36,303 nt of DNA from a virus. The first letter of the stretch is position 1. Every line of letters starts with the position of its first letter. A program made the translations under genes and the position numbers. Below, piece after piece: positions 17,291-25,174 of the stretch. The DNA is taken from the UHGV virus genome UHGV-1321070; one strand, written 5' to 3'. A model generated the notes under the pieces. The model saw only the letters and a list, made by a program, of their open reading frames with translations, searched no databases and was not told where the DNA came from.

Positions 17291-18092
17291 ACTGGCGTAC
17301 TGCATGACGCTTCCCCCGAAGCGGGCAGTCAGTTACCTGAAGTCCAAAGGGTATCAGATTACCTGGGACTGGGAAGAAATGTGGCAGGAGGCCCATGCCC
17401 GCGCCTTTACCGTTGCTAAAGTGACCCGCCTGGATATCCTGGAAGATATTCGCGGGGCACTGCAGCAGGCTGTCGATGAAGGAAAAACCGATCGCTGGTT
17501 CCGGCAGGAGCTGGAGCCGGTGCTGAAGCGTAAGGGATGGTGGGGACCACGTGACACGACTGACCCGGTAACGGGTAAGCCGGTCACCATTCAGCAGGGC
17601 AGTCCGTGGCGGCTCGATACCATCTTTCGCACCAATATGTCCGTACTCTACAGCGCCGGTCGTTGGGCGGAACAGATGGAAAACGTCGACGACAGGCCGT
17701 ACTGGATGTATACCGGCATCAACGACAGCCATACCCGCAGGAGCCATCTGGCGCTGCATGGTCTGGTGCTGCGCTGGGATGACCCGTTCTGGCAGGCATT
17801 TTACCCGCCGAACGGCTGGCGCTGCCGCTGTAGTGTGATTGCCCTGAGTGCGGCGGATGTACGTGCCCGTGGCCTGAAGGTTATCAGCTCCGGCTCTGCC
17901 ATGGGCCAGGAACTGAAACTGGTCTCAGAGAAAACCGGCGAAATGCGGAACGTGGCCACCTTTAATACCGGCACCACGAAGGTGACCACCGACGTCGGCT
18001 GGTCTTATGCACCGGGGGCAGCATACCGTCCCGACCTGGCCCGCTATCAGGGTACGCTTCAGCCACTGGCACAACAGGAACTGAGAGGATAA
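17271..18092 (+). CDS. Head morphogenesis protein (Mu F / gp30-like)
   Basis: Start set at ATG 17271 (track ORF begins earlier, inside the portal gene); follows portal as Mu F does. Confidence 0.65.
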   Translation: MSVTTAELAYCMTLPPKRAVSYLKSKGYQITWDWEEMWQEAHARAFTVAKVTRLDILEDIRGALQQAVDEGKTDRWFRQELEPVLKRKGWWGPRDTTDPVTGKPVTIQQGSPWRLDTIFRTNMSVLYSAGRWAEQMENVDDRPYWMYTGINDSHTRRSHLALHGLVLRWDDPFWQAFYPPNGWRCRCSVIALSAADVRARGLKVISSGSAMGQELKLVSEKTGEMRNVATFNTGTTKVTTDVGWSYAPGAAYRPDLARYQGTLQPLAQQELRG

Positions 18093-18094
18093 CA

Positions 18095-18553
18095 ATGGCT
18101 TCCGATAACCTGGTCAGTATCACCATTAACGATAAATCCCTGCGCCGGAGCCTCCGTGCGCTGGATCTTGCTGCCACAGACCTGGAGCCCGCGATGCGCA
18201 AAATCGCCGGAACCCTGCTGGCGGAAACACAGTTTAACTTTCTTGATGAGGGGCGTCCGGGGTGGATCCCCTCGCTGGCAGCGGAAGAACGTGACGGGCA
18301 GACACTGCAGGATACCGGGCGTCTGATGGGGTCAGTATCAACCGACCATGACGACCGGCAGGCTGTTGTGGGGACCAACGTTGTTTACGGTGCCATTCAC
18401 CAGTTCGGGGGTAAAACGGGGCGTAATGAGTCTGTTGAACTTCCGGCCCGCCCGTTCCTGCCGGTGACGGGGGATGGAGAACTACAGCCTGAAGTGGTAA
18501 TCCCCATCCTCGATACCATTGTCCGCCATCTTGAATCAGCGGCCCGTCGCTGA
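18095..18553 (+). CDS. Virion morphogenesis protein (Mu G-like)
   Basis: 152 aa, position after F-like gene; size typical of Mu G family. Confidence 0.55.
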   Translation: MASDNLVSITINDKSLRRSLRALDLAATDLEPAMRKIAGTLLAETQFNFLDEGRPGWIPSLAAEERDGQTLQDTGRLMGSVSTDHDDRQAVVGTNVVYGAIHQFGGKTGRNESVELPARPFLPVTGDGELQPEVVIPILDTIVRHLESAARR

Positions 18554-18600
18554 GTTTTCTCTCTTCAGGCGGGTGATTTATCATTGCCAGCGAATGAGGG

Positions 18601-18630
18601 GCTGTATTACCTTTATAAAGGCTTTACAGC
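18601..18630. promoter_or_regulatory. Imperfect 30-bp palindrome in the G-I intergenic gap
   Basis: GCTGTAttaCCTTTATAAAGGcttTACAGC: outer 6-bp arms plus a perfect 12-bp central palindrome CCTTTATAAAGG (18610..18621) in a 214-bp non-coding gap. Confidence 0.4.
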
Positions 18631-18767
18631 CTCTGTTTTATAACCGCCTCCGGTTCACCGCATTGCTTTCCCTGTCCTTCTCCCCTGATGTTTTCTAAAG
18701 CAGATTAAAATCGCCGGGCCTGCATTTCTCACAAACTGTCTCCGACAACATAACGCGGGACAGCAAA

Positions 18768-19883
18768 ATGTCAGCCATTCACATTTTTAAAGCCGGTACT
18801 CATACCGATATGCACGGCAAAAAACTGCCGTTCACGCCAGACGATCTTGCCGCCTGCGTGAAAGCCTATGACCCGTCCGTCCATGAAGCACCACTCGTGA
18901 TTGGTCATCCCAGAACGGAAGACCCGGCGTGGGGCTGGGTGAAAGCCCTGTCGCTCAGCGGCGTCGATCTGATGGCAGAGCCTGCCCAGCTGGACCCGCA
19001 GTTTGCTGAGATGGTCACCGACGGACGATTCAAAAAAGTGTCCGCCTCTTTCTACCTCCCGGATTCACCGTCCAATCCGAAGCCCGGCGTGCTCTACCTT
19101 CGCCATGTGGGCTTTCTCGGGGCACAGCCACCTTCCGTCAAGGGGCTGAAACAGGTGTCCTTCAGTGAGCAGGAAGAAGGTGTGGTGGAGTTCGCCGACT
19201 GGCAGGCCATCACGAATGCCTCCCTGTGGGGAAAGCTGCGCGATTTTCTGATCGCCCGCTTCAGTCTGGACGAGGCAGAAAAAGTCCTGCCGGAATGGCA
19301 GCTCAACAGTCTGCGCGAAGAGGCGTACCGCGACACACTGTCGCAGGATGCAGCAGGTGCACAATTCAGTGAGACAGGCCCGGGGCCGTCTTCCGCAAGT
19401 AACGAGGAATCATCGATGACAAAAGAAGAGATTGAAGCCCTTCAGGAGGAGAACCGCCGCCTGAAGCAGCAGGCTGCTGATCGCGATGCGCGTGATGCAC
19501 AGGTCAGACAGGAGCAACTGCATAAGGACAATGTGGCCTTTGCAGAAAAACTGGTCGCAGAGGGCCGTCTGGCTCCCCGCGCCTCCTCCGTGGTGGTTGC
19601 CCTGCTGGATGCCGTCGCCGGTGGCGACAAGCCGGTGGAGTTTGCTGAGGGGGAAAGCCGCACACCGCTGGCCACCGCCTTTCGTTCATTGCTCTCCGAC
19701 GGGGAGCCGGTGATGAATTTCGCCGAACAGGCCACAAAAGAGCGTGTCGGCGACACGGTGAAGGTGGATGTGGCAGAGTTTGCGGAAGCCGATCCTGAGC
19801 GTCTGGCCCTGCATCAGAAAGCAGTGGCCCTGTCCAAAAAAGAAGGCATCAGCTATGAGGCTGCTGTCGCACGCTGCCTGTAA
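18768..19883 (+). CDS. Head protease / scaffold protein (Mu I-like)
   Basis: 371 aa with a C-terminal coiled-coil/scaffold-like half (EEIEALQEENRRLKQQ); located between G-like gene and major capsid. Confidence 0.65.
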   Translation: MSAIHIFKAGTHTDMHGKKLPFTPDDLAACVKAYDPSVHEAPLVIGHPRTEDPAWGWVKALSLSGVDLMAEPAQLDPQFAEMVTDGRFKKVSASFYLPDSPSNPKPGVLYLRHVGFLGAQPPSVKGLKQVSFSEQEEGVVEFADWQAITNASLWGKLRDFLIARFSLDEAEKVLPEWQLNSLREEAYRDTLSQDAAGAQFSETGPGPSSASNEESSMTKEEIEALQEENRRLKQQAADRDARDAQVRQEQLHKDNVAFAEKLVAEGRLAPRASSVVVALLDAVAGGDKPVEFAEGESRTPLATAFRSLLSDGEPVMNFAEQATKERVGDTVKVDVAEFAEADPERLALHQKAVALSKKEGISYEAAVARCL

Positions 19884-19897
19884 TTTAAGGAGAGAGC

Positions 19898-20851
19898 ATG
19901 TCTGATTACTTAAAAGGTAAACGTGTCGTTGATCCGGTACTGACCAGTATCGCCCGTGGCTATAAAAATGCCGCATTCATCGGCGAACGTATTTTCCCCG
20001 TCGTGCTGACGGACAAGGAAGGCGTGCGTGTACCGACCTTCGGGAAAACCGCCTTTGTGGAATATGACACCGAGCGTGCCGTCGGGGCGGACAGCAATGT
20101 TCTGGTCCGTGAAAAAACAGGCACGCTGGACCTGGTGCTGGGTGAACACGATCTGGCTGCGCCGGTGGACTATCGCGAGCAGGCGGAGTCCATGTTTAAC
20201 GAAGAGAGCAAGGCCATCCGTCGCGCCACGAATGGCGTGAACCTGCGCCGTGAACTTATCGCTGCCCGTCTGGCTCAGGATGAAAAGGTCTACCGTACCG
20301 GGCACGTTAAAAAACTGACAGCCGGCGACCGCTGGGCCGGTGGTAAGGGGGACCCCATCGGGGTAATTGAAGCCGGTATGGAAGCGGTCCGTACGGCCAC
20401 GGGGCTGCGTCCTAACCTGATGACCATGGGGGCCGGCGTGATGGCGCTGCTGAAGTTCCACCCGGCAATTCAGGCAGCCATCGGAGCCAACGAACGCAAG
20501 CGCATCACCACGGAGATCCTGCAGGACCTCTTTCAGATCGAAGAGATCGTCATCGGTGCTCCTGTCTCCCTGCCGTCCATGAAAGCGGCAATGGATAAGG
20601 ACAGCGTGCCGACGGATATCTGGGGAGACAATCTGATGCTGCATTACGTCGGCAAGCCGCAGCCGGGGGCGGACAGCGCGGACGAGAACGAGCCGTCCTT
20701 CGGCTACACCCTGCGCCGTAAGGGGATGCCTGTTGCCGACAAGTACGACGGAGCCGGCGGCAAGGTGAAGTACTGCCGTTATACCGATATCTACAAAGTC
20801 GCCGTGGTTGGTGGCGATGCCGGGTATCTCATTACCGGTATCAGTAAATAA
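19898..20851 (+). CDS. Major capsid protein (Mu T / gp34-like)
   Basis: 317 aa, strong AGGAG RBS, position after protease/scaffold. Confidence 0.7.
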   Translation: MSDYLKGKRVVDPVLTSIARGYKNAAFIGERIFPVVLTDKEGVRVPTFGKTAFVEYDTERAVGADSNVLVREKTGTLDLVLGEHDLAAPVDYREQAESMFNEESKAIRRATNGVNLRRELIAARLAQDEKVYRTGHVKKLTAGDRWAGGKGDPIGVIEAGMEAVRTATGLRPNLMTMGAGVMALLKFHPAIQAAIGANERKRITTEILQDLFQIEEIVIGAPVSLPSMKAAMDKDSVPTDIWGDNLMLHYVGKPQPGADSADENEPSFGYTLRRKGMPVADKYDGAGGKVKYCRYTDIYKVAVVGGDAGYLITGISK

Positions 20852-20860
20852 GGAGGCGTT

Positions 20861-21199
20861 ATGGGAACCACTCAGCAGGTCATTCTGATCACAACCGTAA
20901 CGGCAGGGGCCGCACTGGCACAGCAGCGTTTTGTCGGGGCAGATAATACCCCCTGTAAAGCCGGTGCCGCAGCGCTCGGGGTTGCCGAAGTGGATGCTGT
21001 TACCGGCGACAGCACGCCGGTGAGCGTTCTGGGCATTATTGCTGTCGAGGCCGGGGCCGCTGTCAGCCGTGGTGTGGCTGTTCAGTCAGATGCTCAGGCC
21101 AGAGCCGTGCCGCAGTCCGGCGACGGTAAATCCTGTGGTATTGCACTTGATGAAGCCGGGGGTGAAGGCGACGTCATTCGTATCCTGCGCGGGGTGTGA
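20861..21199 (+). CDS. Small head-associated protein (DUF2190-like), 112 aa
   Basis: Gly/Ala/Val-rich small protein directly after the capsid gene. Confidence 0.4.
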   Translation: MGTTQQVILITTVTAGAALAQQRFVGADNTPCKAGAAALGVAEVDAVTGDSTPVSVLGIIAVEAGAAVSRGVAVQSDAQARAVPQSGDGKSCGIALDEAGGEGDVIRILRGV

Positions 21200-21200
21200 C

Positions 21201-21647
21201 ATGTACTGCACCCTGGAGGATTTGCTTGCGCAGGTGCCGGAACGAACGCTGATCGAGCTCACCAGTGAAGAGATGGACTTCGACTCGCCTGCAACAGTGA
21301 ATACCCGTGTGGTGGACAGCTGTATCCGCTATGCCGACGAGCTGATTGATGCCCATCTGCGCGGACGCTATATCCTGCCACTGGCAGAGATACCGACTGT
21401 TCTGCGGGACATTGCCATCACGCTGGTCCGTTACCGGCTCTACGCCCGCCGCCCGGAAGGTGACCTCCCGGATACGGTGAAGGATGACCACAAAGAAGCG
21501 CTGCGGCAACTCAGGGAGTTACGTGATAACAGGCTCACGCTGGGGCTGCCGTCCACTCAGAAAGATGTGCCTGAGCCTGGCGAGTTTCGTGTACGCAGCC
21601 GCCCGGCCACTTTCGGCGGTCGTGACGGTTTACTGGAGAAATACTGA
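21201..21647 (+). CDS. Head-tail joining protein (Mu gp36-like)
   Basis: Start set at ATG 21201 (MYCTLEDLLAQ...); the track ORF begins upstream in an overlapping frame. Confidence 0.5.
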   Translation: MYCTLEDLLAQVPERTLIELTSEEMDFDSPATVNTRVVDSCIRYADELIDAHLRGRYILPLAEIPTVLRDIAITLVRYRLYARRPEGDLPDTVKDDHKEALRQLRELRDNRLTLGLPSTQKDVPEPGEFRVRSRPATFGGRDGLLEKY

Positions 21648-22111
21648 TGAACGTTCTGCCCGTCCTTGATGCGGTACTGGCCCGGTTACGCGAGAAGCTG
21701 CCGCAACTGCAGGTGGAGTACTTCCCGGAGAAACCGGCTGAATATCGCCTGAACCATCCGGTTGGCGCGTTGCTGCTGAGCTATGCCGGTTCGCGCTTTG
21801 ACAGGCCGGATGATACCGGTGCGGTGATCCAGTCTCAGACTATCCAGCTCTGCGTCACGGTGGTCTTCCGCCAGCTCAACGGTAAAAAAGGGGCGATTAA
21901 TGTCCTGGATGCTGTCCGCCGCATTCTCGGCGGCCACACCCCGCCCGGCTGCCGCCGCCGTATCTGGCTGACCCGCGAGGTGTTTATCGGTGAAGTCAGG
22001 GGGCTGTGGCAATACGCCCTCGACTTCGCGACTGAAAGCGTCTTTATCGAAGACAGCGATTTACCGTCCGGCCCGCTGTTAACCGAAGTGAACTATGAGG
22101 AAAGCGAGTGA
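21647..22111 (+). CDS. Head-tail joining protein (Mu gp37-like)
   Basis: 154 aa, start overlaps previous stop. Confidence 0.5.
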   Translation: MNVLPVLDAVLARLREKLPQLQVEYFPEKPAEYRLNHPVGALLLSYAGSRFDRPDDTGAVIQSQTIQLCVTVVFRQLNGKKGAINVLDAVRRILGGHTPPGCRRRIWLTREVFIGEVRGLWQYALDFATESVFIEDSDLPSGPLLTEVNYEESE

Positions 22112-22362
22112 TGAAAGAATACCGCTATTCCGGCCCGGCCAGCGGCGTCACGCTGTCGGACGGAACCGAAATCCTGCTCTGGCCGGGGAAGACGGTTTCC
22201 CTGCCGGAGGAGCATGACTACGTGAAGGTACTGGTGGCGCTGAAGCATCTGACGCCGGTACCAGAAGATACTAAACCCGCCGTCACACCGGCTGTGCAGT
22301 CACCAAAGCGCAGAAGCAGCAGTGACAGCGAAGTGAAAACGGAGGACTCCCATGGCAGCTAA
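22108..22362 (+). CDS. Small protein preceding tail sheath (Mu gp38-like)
   Basis: 84 aa, coupled upstream of the sheath gene. Confidence 0.4.
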   Translation: MMKEYRYSGPASGVTLSDGTEILLWPGKTVSLPEEHDYVKVLVALKHLTPVPEDTKPAVTPAVQSPKRRSSSDSEVKTEDSHGS

Positions 22363-23779
22363 CTATCTGCATGGCGTCGAAACCATTGAGGTGGAAAACG
22401 GAGCCCGCCCGGTTAAAACGGTGAAATCTGCCGTTATTGGCCTGATTGGTACCGCCCCGATGGGGGATGTCAATACGCTGGTACAGTGCCTGTCTGAGAA
22501 AGACGCTGCGGCATTTGGCAGCCAGTTCACCGGCTTTACCATTCCGCAGGCGCTGGATGCGATTTATGACCATGGTGCAGGCACCGTTCTGGTCATTAAC
22601 GTACTCGATCCGTCTGTGCATAAAATCGCTGTGGTCAGTGAGAATGTGTCGTTCGACAAGGCGACAGGCAGAGCCCGGCTGGCTAATCCGGTGGTCGCGC
22701 AGCTGGTACTGAAACCGGACAGCGACGGTCAGCCTTATGTTGAAGGTCAGGACTACTCGCTTGATGCACAGACCGGGGTGATTACTAACCTGGGTAAAAG
22801 CATTGCTGCAGATGCAACGGTGAAGGCCAGCTATAACTATGCTGATCCGACCAAAGTCACCCCGGCTGATATCATCGGTACCGTTAACGCTGCAGGCAAC
22901 CGTACCGGCATGAAGCTGCTTAACGACAGTTTTAACCTGTTTGGCTACTTCGCCAAAATCCTGATTGCTCCGGTATTCTGCACCCAGAACAGCGTCTCGG
23001 TTGAGCTTATCGCCATGGCTGAGAAACTGGGAGCAGTAACCTATATTGATGCTCCGGTTGGTACCACTTTTGCGCAGGCTCTGGCGGGACGTGGCCCGGA
23101 AGGCACCATTAACTTTAATACCAGCTCTGACCGTGTCCGCCTGTGCTACCCGCATGTGAAGGTATATGACCCGGTGACGAACACGGAGCGTCTGGAGCCA
23201 CTGAGCCAGCGTGCGGCGGGCCTGCGTGCCAAAGTCGACCTGGACAAAGGGTACTGGTGGTCATCCTCCAATCAGGAAATTCTGGGGATCACCGGCGTGG
23301 AGCGCCAGCTGTCGGCAATGATTGACGATCCGCAGAGCGAGGTGAACCTGCTTAACGAACAGGGGATCACCACGGTATTCAGCAGTTACGGCAGCGGCCT
23401 TCGTCTGTGGGGTAACCGGACGGCAGCATGGCCAACGGTCACCCATATGCGTAACTTTGAGAACGTTCGCCGCACCGGTGATGTGATCAACGAGTCCATT
23501 CGTTACTTCAGCCAGCAGTACATCGACATGCCGATTACTCAGGCGCTGATTGATGCACTGACGGAGTCGGTCAACGCCTACGGTCGCAAAATGACTGGTG
23601 ATGGTGCGGTACTGGGCTTCCGTTGCTGGTTTGATCCGGCCCGCAATCCGGAGACGGAGCTGGCCGCCGGGCACCTGTTGCTGAGCTACAAATATACGCC
23701 ACCACCGCCGCTGGAGCGACTGACGTTTGAGACTGAAATCACCTCGGAATACCTGTTAACCCTGAAAGGGGGCAACTGA
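22352..23779 (+). CDS. Contractile tail sheath protein (Mu L-like)
   Basis: 475 aa, followed directly by tube gene; typical myovirus sheath size and order. Confidence 0.75.
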   Translation: MAANYLHGVETIEVENGARPVKTVKSAVIGLIGTAPMGDVNTLVQCLSEKDAAAFGSQFTGFTIPQALDAIYDHGAGTVLVINVLDPSVHKIAVVSENVSFDKATGRARLANPVVAQLVLKPDSDGQPYVEGQDYSLDAQTGVITNLGKSIAADATVKASYNYADPTKVTPADIIGTVNAAGNRTGMKLLNDSFNLFGYFAKILIAPVFCTQNSVSVELIAMAEKLGAVTYIDAPVGTTFAQALAGRGPEGTINFNTSSDRVRLCYPHVKVYDPVTNTERLEPLSQRAAGLRAKVDLDKGYWWSSSNQEILGITGVERQLSAMIDDPQSEVNLLNEQGITTVFSSYGSGLRLWGNRTAAWPTVTHMRNFENVRRTGDVINESIRYFSQQYIDMPITQALIDALTESVNAYGRKMTGDGAVLGFRCWFDPARNPETELAAGHLLLSYKYTPPPPLERLTFETEITSEYLLTLKGGN

Positions 23780-24300
23780 TGTCAAAGATTGAGATAAACC
23801 GAATCACGAATGCCAACATCTATCTGGATGGTACTAACCTGCTGGGACGGGCTGAGGAAGTTAAACTCCCCGATGTCTCCATGATTATGCAGGAGCACAA
23901 GGCACTGGGGATGGTGGGTAAGGTGGAACTCCCGGCTGGTTTTGACAAACTGGAAGGCGAAATCAAATGGAACAGCTTTTACCGCGATGCGATGTTGTCT
24001 GCCGCGAACCCGTACAAGTCGCTGGCGCTGCAGTGTCGCTCCAGCGTCCAGCGCTACAGCTCGCAGGGGCTGATCGACGAAATCCCGCTGGTCACCTTCC
24101 TGACAATTATGTTCAAGAAGAACCCGCTGGGGACGTTCAAACAGCACGAGAACGCCGAGTTCTCCAGTAGCTTCACCTGCACGTATATCAGACAGGTACT
24201 GGATGGTGAAGAGTTGCTGCAACTGGACTATCTGGCCAACATCTTCCGCGTCGGTGGCGTTGATCAACTGACTGACTATCGAATCAATATCGGGGGCTGA
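23779..24300 (+). CDS. Tail tube protein (Mu M-like)
   Basis: 173 aa immediately after the sheath. Confidence 0.7.
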   Translation: MSKIEINRITNANIYLDGTNLLGRAEEVKLPDVSMIMQEHKALGMVGKVELPAGFDKLEGEIKWNSFYRDAMLSAANPYKSLALQCRSSVQRYSSQGLIDEIPLVTFLTIMFKKNPLGTFKQHENAEFSSSFTCTYIRQVLDGEELLQLDYLANIFRVGGVDQLTDYRINIGG

Positions 24301-24302
24301 CG

Positions 24303-24584
24303 GTGAGTGTTGAACTGACTGACAAAGGAGGGCGATGTGCGTCACTGGGCATGTCAAATGGTACGTGGTTTACCCTCCTTGATATTCCGGGGGTGGAAAC
24401 CCTTTTTAATACCCGTAAAACCAATGACCCGATTGACTGCACACGTTCAAAGGCCCGCAAACTGGCGGATTTGATTGAAGCATGGGAGCCTCCCGACCAC
24501 TGGTTCTCCGGCACCGGCAAATCTGAGGGAAAGACGCTTCTCATCGCTTTCCTGCGTAACTGCAAGGGGTTTCGCACTTGCTGA
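24303..24584 (+). CDS. Hypothetical protein (93 aa, GTG start)
   Basis: ORF between tube and chaperone genes; weak start context, coding status uncertain. Confidence 0.3.
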   Translation: MSVELTDKGGRCASLGMSNGTWFTLLDIPGVETLFNTRKTNDPIDCTRSKARKLADLIEAWEPPDHWFSGTGKSEGKTLLIAFLRNCKGFRTC

Positions 24585-24607
24585 CATCACAGGGGCTCTG
24601 GCCCCTT

Positions 24608-24629
24608 CTTCTTAATCTCCTTTAATATC
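24608..24629 (+). promoter_or_regulatory. Conserved late-promoter motif, copy 2 (upstream of tail chaperone / tape measure operon)
   Basis: CTTCTTAATCTCCTTTAATATC; CATACT -10-like hexamer 19 bp downstream (24649..24654). Confidence 0.55.
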
Positions 24630-24681
24630 CGTCACGCGCTTCTCCCGACATACTGCCCTGAACTTACACAGGAGCACAATC

Positions 24682-25017
24682 ATGTCACAGACCCCATCCG
24701 ATACTTTTAAATTGTCTTATCCCTTCACCACTGCTGCAGGCACCAGAATTGAGCAGGTTGAACTGAAACGCCTGACGGTAAAAGACCTGAAGCAGGTGCG
24801 CAAAATCAGCAAAAACCCGGCAGACTGGGACGAACCGCTGATTGCCCGCAGTACTGGTCTTCTCCCGGAAGATCTCGACAATATGGATCTGGCTGATTAC
24901 CTGCAGTTACAGAAACGATTTCAGCTCATCACGGGGATGGGTGAGAGCAACCAGGGCGCTGACGCAGGCGCAGGGGCTGCTGGCGAGATGGTTCCGGTTT
25001 CAGCCGGGGGAGATTGA
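24682..25017 (+). CDS. Tail assembly chaperone (upstream frame)
   Basis: 111 aa acidic protein between tube and tape measure; overlapped by a +1-frame ORF (24842..25099). Confidence 0.55.
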   Translation: MSQTPSDTFKLSYPFTTAAGTRIEQVELKRLTVKDLKQVRKISKNPADWDEPLIARSTGLLPEDLDNMDLADYLQLQKRFQLITGMGESNQGADAGAGAAGEMVPVSAGGD

Positions 25018-25099
25018 TGCCCTCGATACTGACGATCTGGAGATGTGGCTGGAGCAGGCTGAAGAGCAAATCAAAAGCGAGTACGGCGACAAATCATAG
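24842..25099 (+). other. +1-frame ORF overlapping the chaperone 3' end (candidate frameshift extension)
   Basis: The +1 frame stays open to 25099 while the 0 frame ends at 25017; a run of five G (GCC GGG GGA) sits just before the 0-frame stop. Confidence 0.35.
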
Positions 25100-25104
25100 T
25101 ACAG

Positions 25105-25125
25105 ACAGCCGCCAGTAGCGGCTGT
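25105..25125 (+). other. Stem-loop ACAGCCGC-cagta-GCGGCTGT upstream of the tape-measure gene
   Basis: 8-bp perfect stem with 5-nt loop in the 75-bp gap before 25175; no clear U-tract. Confidence 0.35.
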
Positions 25126-25174
25126 TCTGCGTTATCCCCTCACGTCTTTTCACCTTCCCCGGAGGTTAACCACT

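Noticed and set aside
22283-23155. 290-aa minus-strand ORF
   Set aside because: Antisense to the tail sheath gene; shadow ORF. The same applies to 23782..24357, 19910..20644, 25898..26521, 28356..28856 and 28988..29542.
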